64,000 bases of DNA, taken from NCBI GenBank assembly GCA_020137815.1, contig CM035355.1:7936001-8000000 (forward strand), read 5' to 3'. This DNA comes from Hormiphora californensis. Its lineage: Eukaryota; Animalia; Ctenophora. Shown piece by piece: positions 36,173-46,820 of the stretch; position 1 is the stretch's first letter; the number at the start of each line of letters is the position of its first letter. The notes under the pieces were generated by a model that was not told the origin of the DNA, did not search any database, and saw only the letters and a list, made by a program, of their open reading frames with translations. The position numbers and the translations under genes are program-made.

Positions 36173-39100
36173 ACTCTCTCTCTTTCTTTATTTCATTTCC
36201 TCTACTCACTACCATATTTCAATCTCTCCCCTAAGCGACGGCTCGAATAATCGTTAGGGATAAAATTCGTTACAATATCATCATGTAACCACCACATTCC
36301 ACGGCTCAACTCCCGATTTGGACCCGGCATTCCTTTACAATCATTTCTCAGTATTTGAGTTTTCAAGTGGGGGTGGGGCAGTTTTCAAGTGGGGGTGGGG
36401 CGAGGTCACGTGACAAATACTAGCACCATTCATTTACCATCATATTCCCTTCCCCCTCCCCTGCCATTCCTTTACCATCCCATTCCCTCCCCCCTCCTAC
36501 CATTCATTTACTATCCCATTCCCTCCCCCTCCTGCCATTAATTTACCATCATATTCCCTCCCCTCCTGCCATTCATTAACCATCCCATTCCCTCCCCCTC
36601 CTGCCATTCATTAATCATCCCATTCCCTCCCCTCCTGCCATTAATTTACCATCCCATTCCCTCCCCTCCTGCCATTCATTAACCATCCCATTCCCTCCCC
36701 CCTCCTGCTATTCATTTACCATCCCATTCCCTCCCCTCCTGCCATTCATTTACTATCCCATTCCCTCCCCCTCCTGCCATTCATTAACCATCCCATTCCC
36801 TCCCCTCCTGCCATTCATTAACCATCCCATTCCCTCCCCGCTCCTGCTATTCATTTACCATCCCATTCCCTCCCCCTCCTGCCATTCATTTACCATCATC
36901 CCCTCCCCCTCCTGCTTTTCCTTTACCATCCCATTCCCTCCCCGCAGTATTAAGGATATACTCCACGAACGGGCCTGGCTCCTCGAAGACGTCTTCGCAG
37001 TACGGGTGAGTTATATTAATTAGAGTTTTTCTGCTGTCACCGGTTCAGGTGCCCGCAAAAGGTGCCCTGGGCCAAATCTGAATTATATTAACACAACTGC
37101 ATAAAATGACAAATGGCATAGTAACTAACAAAGGAAAAACTACCGTTTGGCGTTTAGTATAGTAAACGATTGTTTACTACTATACTAAACGGTAGTTAAT
37201 CCTTTGTTAGTATCTAGCTCTCCGACGCTTGTTGCGATCGAGCACTCTTCCGCCGTAACGGAATTCATAGTTCTAAAATGTCATAGTACCAGCTAGTGAG
37301 GGTCGTGGCCGGTTGCGGAAGTTGTAGATATTGAGGGGGACCGGGGAGGTCTGCGGAAGTACCCCCCTCTGCAGTGGTCCTTCCATAGACCTCCATCTCT
37401 ACAACCACCCACGACGCCCACAAATCAAATAAAATAAAAAGTAGTTCTAGTCTCTAGAAAACTCATGTCATGCATGAGTCCCTGAGAAAAGGGGGCAAAG
37501 CACATACCCGTGTGACTTTTTAGTATTTAAGCCTGTCAAAACGTGTTTCAACCTAGAACTCACTAGAGGCAAGCTAATTCCGGTTGTACATCCTCGGTAT
37601 AGGTCTCCTAAACATAAAAAACCAAAATGTCAGTCTCAATTATTTGGGGGAAGGTGTGTAATTAGCCCCTAATTAATTGGTAATTGAGCACAAGGGGAAA
37701 AAAGCTGTATCTACCCTTAGGAAAGGAGTAGAGACAAAATTAAGGGCACCAAAGTGTTCAGCGTCCTCGCATTAGTGGGGGTAGGTGCCGGAATGAAGTC
37801 TCTATCTCATCTGGTTAATTAGATAATTGGATAATTAGGTATGCGCATAGCCGTTTGCTGGCCATATGGCTATAGCCATGTTAGGAAAGGAGTAGAGACA
37901 AAACCGAGGGCTCTAAAATGATCAGCGTCCTCGAATTAGTGGGGGTAGGTGCTGAAATTAAATCTCTATCTCATCCGGTTAATTAGATAATTGGATAATT
38001 AGTTTTGCGAATAACCGTTTTTAGGCTATATGGCTATAGCCACTTAGGAATGGTTTAGAGACTTTTCATTGGTGCCATTTTGTAGGCAATGGCCAAGTTA
38101 TGGGGGGTCGACGTCGGACTTTTAAGCTCTATCTTCAACCGTTTAGCCGTTATTTGGCTTTAAAGGTGCTCAAAATGAGCAAAAAACGGTAAAAAGCCCG
38201 ATTTTTACTCATTTTCAGCACCTTAAAAGCCAAATAACGGCTAAACGGTTGAAGATAGAGCTTAAAAGTCCGACGTCGACCCCCCATAACTTGGCCATTG
38301 CCTACAAAATGGCACCAATGAAAAGTCTCTGAACCATTCCTAAGTGGCTATAGCCATATAGCCTAAAAACGGTTATTCGCAAAACTAATTATCCAATTAT
38401 CTAATTAACCGGATGAGATAGAGATTTAATTTCAGCACCTACCCCCACTAATTCGAGGACGCTGATCATTTTAGTGCCCTCGGTTTTGTCTCTACTCCTT
38501 TCCTAACATGGCTATAGCCATTTGGCCAGCAAACGGCTATGCGCATACCTAATTATCCAATTATCTAATTAACCAGATGAGATAGAGAATTCATTCCGGC
38601 ACCTACCCCCACTAATGCGAGGACGCTGAACACTTTGGTGCCCTTAATTTTGTCTCTACTCCTTTCCTAAGGGTAGATACAGCTTTTTCCCCCTTGTGCT
38701 CAATTACCAATCAATTAGGGGCTAATTACACACCTTCCCCCAAATAATTGAGACTGACGTTTTGGTTTTTTATGTTTAGGAGACCTATACCTAGGATGTA
38801 CAACCGGAATTGGCTTGCCTCTCGTGACTTCAAGGTTTGGCCAAAAATCGACACGTTTTGACAGGCTTAATTTTAGTTGACAAACATGATGTAATGATTT
38901 AATTTTGTAAACTTTTTGGAATGAATTATTGGCGCCAAAGGGCAACCCTTTAAGTCCTACATCCAATGCAGTATGTCAATTGTCATGACTCATGTGTGTA
39001 ACGTGTGCATGTCAATATACTCGTATTCTCTTCGAACGTAGCTATGAACAAACAGAGAGAAATATAACAGAGAGAGACAGAGAGTCAGATACAGTGAGAG

Positions 39101-39495
39101 TAAAATAAGAATTCCGAAACTGCTTCTGCAGCAGAACATTATGTGCCACATCGCGACACACTCTGTTTGTCACTTAAACGTAGGGCGCGCGTATGCTGGA
39201 TGCCATTATAAGCAACCGTTAGCATTGTGAAAATGAGACGCGCGCAGTGTAAATCTTCAGATTCTCCGGATTCCGGAGATAGAAGTCCGGAGTTGCAGCC
39301 GATGGGTTTCAATTCTGAGTTATTGACAATAACACACATGTTTTGTTGCAGGTGAGGTGCATGGTAGAAACACGAGACTCTGATCATACTGTTGAAGTTA
39401 GGAAGACTCTAACTGACAACTACCGGCATGTTGAGTTTATTGGTCTGTCCGACGCCTCATCTGATCCAAGTAAGTATCCCTTGTTGCCGCCCTGA
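21451..39495 (+). CDS. PLP-dependent threonine dehydratase / serine racemase-like protein with C-terminal ACT-like domain
   Basis: Exons 21451-21663, 21732-21938 (TGSFKERG, SAGNHA), 22072-22170, 22256-22311, 22848-23009 (FDHPDIIAGQGT, VPVGG), 23299-23465 (LADGLAVP), ~29740-29830 (5' part garbled; LPELKGK), 30152-30319 (LCGGNID...KDAPGG), 36948-37005 (IKDILHERAW), 39352-39469/39495 (VETRD). Two probable sequence errors: acceptor at 22255 and a G run at ~22941. Terminal exon uncertain. Confidence 0.9.
25003..25842 (-). CDS. Rhodopsin-like (class A) GPCR, nested antisense in intron 6 of the dehydratase gene
   Basis: Seven hydrophobic segments; GN in TM1, NLATCD in TM2, NKY in place of DRY, PW in TM6, NPCIY in TM7. 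The frame is open ~60 nt upstream, so the N-terminus may extend or have another exon. Confidence 0.9.
   Translation of the reverse strand: MLAILFWCGICLLFGITGNIIVILGITRHDAIKLDSTSITIILNLATCDVISITVFSLPPYLYRVMETSTLLCTAIPLIRLLLVSASSLFVAALSLNKYYRCLRPLKSLVLGPSFGRRVIFGLWIVSLAPIIIVLCLYSSIDLYYSDVLMTCTVYGAQGLWIPVFVGYTIIYFYAPLAFLLASNIGLVLLVRLTKRRQAMGNVAVVLLVAGTFLVSMAPWLISRRLRFTNDNSGEVTTFEVIGHYILTVSCVANPCIYVITNERFRRYILARMRRESVI
26681..28070. mobile_element. 1.39-kb non-autonomous foldback transposon, TTAA TSD (Kolobok/piggyBac-type target)
   Basis: TTAA|GGGTACGCTAACC...GGTTAGCGTACCC|TTAA; ~610-bp inverted arms and a short spacer; no ORF. Confidence 0.92.
28435..29715. other. Low-quality/artefactual sequence
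   Basis: Random homopolymer runs starting right after a (CTGATAA)n repeat. Confidence 0.9.
30410..30800. repeat. About 60-75-bp intronic minisatellite (GTTGCTGCTACA...GGAGATGGGGAT)
   Basis: Six units. Confidence 0.9.
31983..33264. mobile_element. Possible TIR element (C[A/T]GGGTGTCCTCCACGAA ends)
   Basis: 18-bp inverted match; no TSD recognised. Confidence 0.4.
33375..33882. repeat. 43-46-bp minisatellite (AAGAACATAGAACTAGTAGAATGAGACTAGGAGGAGAG..)
   Basis: About 11 units. Confidence 0.93.
34708..34977. mobile_element. TTG...GCAA mini-element with a self-nested copy (34724-34770)
   Basis: Inner copy has a perfect TSD ttctaacc; outer copy has flanks cctgcacc/cccgtacc. Confidence 0.6.
35899..36043 (-). 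CDS. First coding exon of a small secreted protein (possible peptide precursor), nested antisense in intron 8 of the dehydratase gene
   Basis: ATG + clean signal peptide MRLLVVLFVSLLGVVAA, then LDNNVPDDQKKKWECVPDRPLNPKSEMGRKR, donor AG|GTTTGT; downstream exons not fixed. Confidence 0.55.
36425..36943. repeat. About 34-36-bp pyrimidine-rich minisatellite abutting a splice acceptor
   Basis: CCATTCATTTACCATCCCATTCCCTCCCCTCCTG, about 14 units. Confidence 0.92.
37531..38866. mobile_element. 1.34-kb near-perfect palindromic foldback element, TTAA flanks
   Basis: TTAA|GCCTGTCAAAACGTGT...ACACGTTTTGACAGGC|TTAA; arms ~650 bp with an internal ~170-bp duplication; centre ~38195. Confidence 0.92.
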
Positions 39496-39929
39496 TCAAA
39501 AACCTGTCTGGCGGCGCGAGACCCCGTTTCGATTTTGATTCTCGATAAGGCACTTAGATCGGGCGCCGCGAGACAGTTAACAAAGCACTACCTAAGCCTT
39601 CCACGGTCAAAACTCCACCTCTCCATCTTTTATTTTTAGGCGATGGTTCTAATTCCCCAAAATCTGGTAAATTGCCTGCACGACGCACGTGTGTAAATAT
39701 CAGTGTTTTCTCCCATTGCAATTGATAATTAACAATTAATAACACATAAATGATTGTGCCAGTTTGCTTTTAATGTCAGCATGACAATACTTTCAACTGC
39801 AATACAACTGTCTTACCGTGTTTTAGTTAGGGTCCTCTAACACCACTAAGTTCCTTGACATGCGACATGTGACTCCTATTGCAGCATGCCCAAATCCAGG
39901 TGGGAGTGGCACCTGTTATATTTTCAGTC

Positions 39930-40660
39930 TAGGGCCAAAAACATAACTAACGTTAGAAAAGGAGTTGAGAAAAATTAAGTGCACCAAAATGTGTAGCGTC
40001 CTCGCATTAGTGGGGGTACTAAAGTCCAATTTTTAATTTAAGCGACAGGCCGCCGCGTATTCAAAGAAGTCGCACGGCGTTGTATTTGTGCGTGACAATT
40101 CGAGAAATCTTTTTGCTCATATCTCCCGTTCCTGATAACAGTGGTCATCCCACATAATTGCCATTATATCTCGACGTGAAATTCGACGTGGGATGCGCCG
40201 CACATACGTAGTGAGAGAGACGTAAAGACTAACGAGAGAGAAGAATTGAGGCGTGATAACATTTGCTTAGCGCAGCACGCCTCGCTCATCTAGTCGAATT
40301 CCACGTCGAATCCCAAGTCGGATTATGTCGGATGACCACTGTAAGATAAAGAATTGATCTTGGTTGCGTTGGAAAGGTCTCAAAATTATCGTTCCAACGC
40401 TTTCGGGTTCATGTTTTAAGATTGCCAGGAACTCGATCTCGATTTTGGTGACGCAGTGACTAAATCTCGATTATCACGCGCAAATACAACGCCGCACGAC
40501 CTCTTTGAATGCGTGGCGGCCTGTCACTTAACTAAAAAATTCGACTATAGGTGCCGGAATTAAGTTTCTATCTCCTCTCTATATCATCTGGTTAATTAGA
40601 TAATTTCATAATCAGGTTTGTGCATAACCGTTTTTGGCTATATGGCTATAGCCACTTTTA
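39930..40660. mobile_element. Three-level nest: foldback-family fragment > TAGTCG-type MITE (~40020-40547) > CAGTGGTCATCC MITE (40139-40341, TAA TSD)
   Basis: Empty-site comparison with 37770-37800 and 11820-11850. Confidence 0.78.
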
Positions 40661-40799
40661 TTGATACATATTTTGTAGAGACATAACCTGCTCCCGTGCC
40701 CCAACTCACTTTCTCTTATTGCAAAAAAGCAAAGTTGTAAGAGACCAATGAGAAGTTCCTCATATTTCCGCATAAATTAGTGAATCCTACCCGAGAATG

Positions 40800-41302
40800 G
40801 AAATCCGCCCGGGGGGGCGGTTTTAAGGGGTTTTTTTAGTTTTCGTTTTTTTAAATTTCTTTGGGGGAAATAAAATTTTTTTGGGGTGAGGAAAAAAATA
40901 TTTAAAATATTTAAAAAAAAAAGGATAAAAATTTTTAAAAACCCATCCCCAAAAAAACACAAAATTTAAAAGGGGGGGAAAAAAAAAACCCCCCCTTTTT
41001 TCCCCCCCAAAAATTTTTTTTTATGGTCCCGGTCCAACAAAACCAAAAAATTTTTTTTCCTTTCCTTTCGGCCCCCCCCCAAAAAATTTTTTTAAAAATT
41101 TTCCTTTTTTTGTCTTTTTTGTTTTTTTTTCCCAAAAAAAAGAAAAGGGGTTTTTAAAAGGGGAAAAAAAAAAAAAACCCCCCCAAGGGGGAAAAAAAAA
41201 AGGGGGAAATTTTTAAAAAAAAAAAGAAAAAGGGGGGGGAAAAAAAGGGGGGGGAAAAAAGGGGGGGGAAAAAAAAAAAGGGGGGGGGGGGGGGGGGGGG
41301 GG

Positions 41303-41349
<47 letters not shown>

Positions 41350-42240
41350 GGGGGGGGGGGGGGGGAAAAATTGGGGGGTTTTTTTTTTTTTTTTTTAAAA
41401 ACCCTTTCATTTTTTCTTTTTTTCTCCCCTTTTTTTCTTTTTTTCCCTTTTTCGTTTTTTTTTTTTTCCCCCTTTTTCCCCCCTTTTTTTTCTTTTTTTT
41501 TCCTTTTTTTTTTTTTTACTTTTTTCCTTTTTTTTTTGGGCCCCCCTTTTTTTTTTTGTTTTTTCCCTTTTTTTTTTTCTTTTTTTTGGGGTTTTTTTTT
41601 TTTTTATTTGGGGGAGGTTTTTCGGTTTTTTTCGGTTTGGGTTTTTTTTTTTTCCTAATTTTTTTTCAAAACCCCCCCCCCCCCTTCTTTTTTTCTCAAA
41701 AAAAATTTTTTTTGGGGGTTTTTTCCCCTTTTTCGGTTTCTTTGGGGGTTTTTTTTTTTGGCCCCCCCTTCCCCTTTCCTTTTTTTTTTTTTTTTTTTTT
41801 TCCCTTTGGCCCCCTTTTTTTTGTCCCTTTTTTTTTTTTTGGGGTTTTTTTTTTTTTTTTCTTTTTTTTTTTGTTTTCTTTTCCCCTTTTATGGTTATTT
41901 GGACTAAATTTTTTTTTTAAATTTTCCTGGGTTCCTTCTTTTTTTTAAAAAAGGGAAGGGGTTTTGGGCCGTGAGAATTGGGGAACTGAAAGGGGAATTT
42001 TTAAGGGGGGGGAAAGAAAACTTTTCCTTTTGGTTGGGTGGGGGTCCCGGGGTATTTTTAAGGGTGGATTTTAAAATTTCATTAAAATTTTTTCCCCCAA
42101 ATTGGGGGTTTCTTTTTTAACTGTTTTCTTTTTTTTCCCACCGGGCCCCCTTTTTTTTTTTTTTTTTCTTCTTTTTCCCCCCTCTTTCCCCCCCTTCTTC
42201 TTCTCTTTTCCCCCTCTTTCTCTCTCCCCCCTCCCAGGCA
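40800..42240. other. Low-quality/artefactual sequence (probably hides the 5' exons of the sulfatase)
   Basis: Homopolymer noise. Confidence 0.88.
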
Positions 42241-42770
42241 GGGCGGAACCAAGCCAGGATGAGAGGCCCGGAAGCAGGAACGGGGATTGACACACGAATA
42301 CTATTGAATGCAGCAAACAAGGTAGTAGGGAGAGAAGAAAAACGTCCAATAAGGACAAGAGGGGAAATTTTTTTTTTTGCACAAAACCTGAACGAAAAAA
42401 TAGAGAAATATAAGATACAAAAGAAAAAAAGGGGTACTACAGCTGTAACAGACTATACTATAAAATACAAATAAATGAAAAGGAGAGGATACAGGAATAA
42501 CGAACCTACAAGTGGGCTGATACAGACCAGAACAGATGTCACACTACGCTAACAGGGAAAGAGGTACAGAAGAGATACAGACTCAACAACAACTGGACAA
42601 GCAAGCAGACTGGTTCTTATCTGATTGTTGAGTAGTTGCTTCTTGATGTGAACTCCAATATAATAGTCCATAGTTGATTTGCAGGATTTGGTAAATTCTC
42701 TGAGAATTCTATGTCCCCAGGATACAGACATCGACAGATAAAACAAAACAACGAGCGATGAAATTTAATC

Positions 42771-42805
<35 letters not shown>

Positions 42806-42811
42806 CTCTCT

Positions 42812-42855
<44 letters not shown>

Positions 42856-42887
42856 GTGTGTTACTCAATAAACTCTGCATGTTCCAG

Positions 42888-45800
42888 GTCGGCACTCATG
42901 ACAGGAAAGTACCCATCTCGACTCGGCCTCAACCATTTGACCATTGGAGCGGTAAGCCGTAAGAATAGAAGAAAACGGATAGAAAACCCGCCAGACCCCG
43001 TTTTGATTGACATTTGTGCTAAGATCGGGTCGGCACCGCCAGGAAGTTTTTGTGCAAGAGATAAGATATTCTAGAACTCACTAAAAATCTTTCTGATCCA
43101 CTACAGGGTGACCCCTATGGGCTATGGACAAACCAAACAATCCTGGCTAACTACATGTCTGATGCGGGGTATGCAGTACACGGAGTGGGCAAGTGGCACC
43201 TGGGATTTTGTAGTTGGGGCATGACACCGTGTGCCCGGGGATTCGACTCATTCTACGGCTACTACAATGGTCATGAGACATACTACACTCATGAAACACA
43301 CAATTTTTATGATTTCAGGTATGAGAGGGGAGGGAGTGATCACCAGCTCCCAGTTTCACATCGAAGTGATGTGCAGCGCTACTTTCAATGCAATTCACAT
43401 CGAAATTCTGAATTCGGAAACTCTTACAGTGCAGTTTGGATCGGGCGGGCGCACATCAGTACATCACTCGGTGGGGTCAGTCGGCCGGTCACACAGTCAA
43501 TCACACTCACACGGGAGAGGGATTTCCGATTTAGTGGAAAAAATCCTTTCCTTTGATCAAAGTGTGTACCACCCCAGATACGATACAAAATCTACAGATG
43601 GTACAGTGAATTCTACAGTCATCACATCTGCCAATGGCACCTACTCGTCCTATCTATACGCTAACCAAGCTTCAAAGGTATGCAGCAGACCAACTGTCAA
43701 AGGCACACCGATGAGTTATCAAAGGTGCCCTTAAACTTGATAAATGTGACTTATAAATGCAATTTGAACATTGAACCGCTTCTCTAGATTTTTCTCTCCC
43801 CCTTCCCCCCTCTCTCTCTCTCCCTATTGGCTAATGACTATTTACTACTAATTACCCCCTCTCTCCAGGTGGTCGCAACACACAACCAGACCAAACCACT
43901 GTTCCTCTACTTCCCTATACAGAGTGTCCATGCCCCTCAAGAGGTCCCAGATGAGTATGTCGATGTGAGTAGGCTGAAAGTCAAGGGTACAATTATTATA
44001 GTTTATACTGAGTACAATGAATACAATTAGGCATTTCATAGGACATACACGTACAGCTTTGTATATTTTCCCTCGTGACCTAATAAGTAGCTTCTTCAGC
44101 CACATTATTTGGTACTAATATTAATTAACCAAATTAAACAAATCGTTCCAGATGTATGAGGGTGTTGTTGAGAATAAGAAACGGAAGCGACTCCTGGCTA
44201 TGGTAACTGCAATGGATGATGCTGCTAGTGTTCTAGTCTCCTCTCTCAAGGCAGCGGGCATGTGGGAGGATACCATCTTCATATTCTTTAGTGACAACGG
44301 CGGGCCTATTTCTCATAATATAGGACAGGTAATTAAAAGATCTTTTTTATGTGAATAAGTTTGTTGTTGTCTGAACTCTAAATATAACCAGTCTATTGAG
44401 GCTCTCATAGCATTTCACAAATAGCCCTGCTGAATTTGCCATACAACGTACCAAACCTTAACCCCCCCCCCCATTATTTTCAGTCCAACTACCCTCTAAG
44501 AGGAGGGAAGTACAGTTACTGGGAGGGCGGTATCCGGTCTGCCTCATTCCTCCACTCTCCCATGCTACAAGGGGGAATTATCAATGAGGAGTTATTCCAC
44601 GTGACAGATTGGAAACCTACCCTGGTACATATTGCACACTGTGGCATTGAGGATAACCCTGGCTGTCAAGGTACCTATACTTACTACAGTAATTGTAATG
44701 TGATTGTATGTGTTTTTCTTTCTTCAAACTAAAGTCACAAAATCACAAATCCCGGATGAAAGAAATGCGTGATCATATGTTTTGAGATCTCCATTGCAAT
44801 GGATCCTATAGTTCGTATTCAATATATATATTGAATATATTCAAAACGTTTATAATTATTAGGATCACTAGGAATCTCAGAAAACTTCCTAACTTTAGGT
44901 CCTGATATGGGTGATATAGACGGGATCAACCAGTGGCCAGCAGTGGCTGGATTAGCACCTAGTAACCGATCTGAATTCCTGGTGAACATTGATCAGAAAT
45001 ATAAAAACGCAGCACTCAGAATGGGGCAATGGAAATTATTTTCAGGTATTGGGGTTGTATAAAAACTGTTTTATTGCTCCAAATACAGTAGGCGCTGACT
45101 TTTTAGCATGCTGACTCTCTTATTTTCTTGTTTTTTTACTCCAAAGTTATTTTGGGAATGTCTTCCAGGCCCACCTGGTCAGGGACCCTGGCCGGTTCCC
45201 CCAACATATGACGCATATGATTGGGATGAGTGGGAGGACGATGAGGATGCTACTGAAGAGAATCCAGAGAAAAAGGTAGCAATCAACTTGATCCTCTGCA
45301 TAAAAAGTTTGAAACTTTTCAACACTACTTTAAACAAATTAATTTGAGCTGAAGAAGGGTCACAACCCCGAAACGTTCAAACCAACCACCGTGTTTTGAC
45401 TTCGTATGACCTCCCACGCCCCGGACGTGTCCCCCCACACACAATGTTATCACCCCGTCCGCCTTTTCAACAACATGCACTCATGTTGTTCTCCCTCCTT
45501 CTGTGTTAGGCCAATGCGCTGACCACAGTTCTTGCGCACACAGGCCAATGCTCTGACCACAGTTCTTGCGCACACAGGCCAATGCGCTGACCACAGTTCT
45601 TGCGCACACAGGCCAATGCTCTGACCACAGTTCTTGCGCACACAGGCCAATGCTCTGACCACAGTTCTTGCGCACACAGGCCAATGCGCTGACCACAGTT
45701 CTTGCGCACACAGGCCAATGCGCTGACCACAGTTCTTGCGCACACAGGCCAATGCTCTGACCACAGTTCTTGCACGCACAGGCCAATGCTCTGACAGATT

Positions 45801-46150
45801 CTTCTCTAGGAGATCGTCTGGTTCTTGGTTTAATCTCTCTCCCCTCCCCGGTTAGATTCAACTCTATAATGTTGTCCACGATCCTTCTGAGACAGTTGAA
45901 CTAAGAGCTGAGTACCCCGAAATTGTGGAACAGATGATGGAACGACTGAAATATCATCAAGATCGGGTAGGTACTAAAATTAGGGCACACTGATACTAAT
46001 TTAATGACATACCTAGTAACTATTAACTACTAACTACTAATCTTTATATCTCTCCAGGCAGTTCATCCTATAAACAAAGGTACCGATCCCAATAGTAACC
46101 CTGGGGAATACTTCAATGGAGTTTGGACACCCTGGAGAGAGACATGCTAA
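42888..46150 (+). CDS. Arylsulfatase B/I/J-like sulfatase, 5'-partial
   Basis: Exons 42888-42951 (RSALMTGKYP), 43107-43318 (GVGKWHLG...RGFDSFYGY), 43578-43677, 43869-43964 (PLFLY...SVHAP), 44152-44328 (AMDD...FFSDNGG), 44484-44670 (NYPLRGGKYSYWEGGIR...HVTDWKPT), 44899-45045 (DGINQW...GQWKL), 45169-45275, 45856-45966 (LYNVVHDPSE), 46058-46150 (GVWTPW...*). The exon carrying the CxPxR Cys is not visible. Confidence 0.93.
45503..45797. repeat. 34-bp tandem array derived from the CTGTCAG mini-element
   Basis: About 8 units of CAGGCCAATGCTCTGACCACAGTTCTTGCGCACA; ends CTGACAG; flanks ctccttct/attcttct. Confidence 0.9.
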
Positions 46151-46820
46151 ATGTGTCGACTTAAAAACCTTGGGATTCTGGTAAAGAGACAAGGGGTAGC
46201 CGAGAAGGAACTTTAAGATTAAATTAACATAAACTTTTGAGACGCTTTTAGAATGATTTTGTTTGTTACTTTGACTATTCTTTGCTAAATACATAAATAA
46301 TGGGATTAGATAATTGTATCTGAGACTTATGTCAAATTGCTCCTGTGACCTACAATTTTCGATTCATTTATGCAAAATATTCGTTTAATCTCCTGGGAAT
46401 TCATATTTGGGTGAAAAATGATTTTGGTCCAGCCTGAGCAAGGAATCAAAATTATGAAATGAATACACCCTTTTCTATAAATCTACTCCGGGGACGTGTG
46501 TGCGCGCAGTGCTGAAATTTTACTTTTCACAGATAAATCTCAGCGCGCGCACCAAACTTGACTGCGGGGTTTCAGTGTTCAGCTCGGTGTGCCACTGCTA
46601 CACACAAGACGCACAAAGGCGCTTCCTTTAAATTGACGGCAGTGGCAGTATGTCACAACTTACTAGCCCCAGTACCAAGTAAGAAATAAAACGAATCTGT
46701 TCTTTTTTAACAAGTAGATAATTCAACCGAACAAAAAACAAAACATAATAGATCATCAACACAATGATTTCCAGCGCGAATTTAATACACAACATACACT
46801 CATATACAAATCACTCCTCC

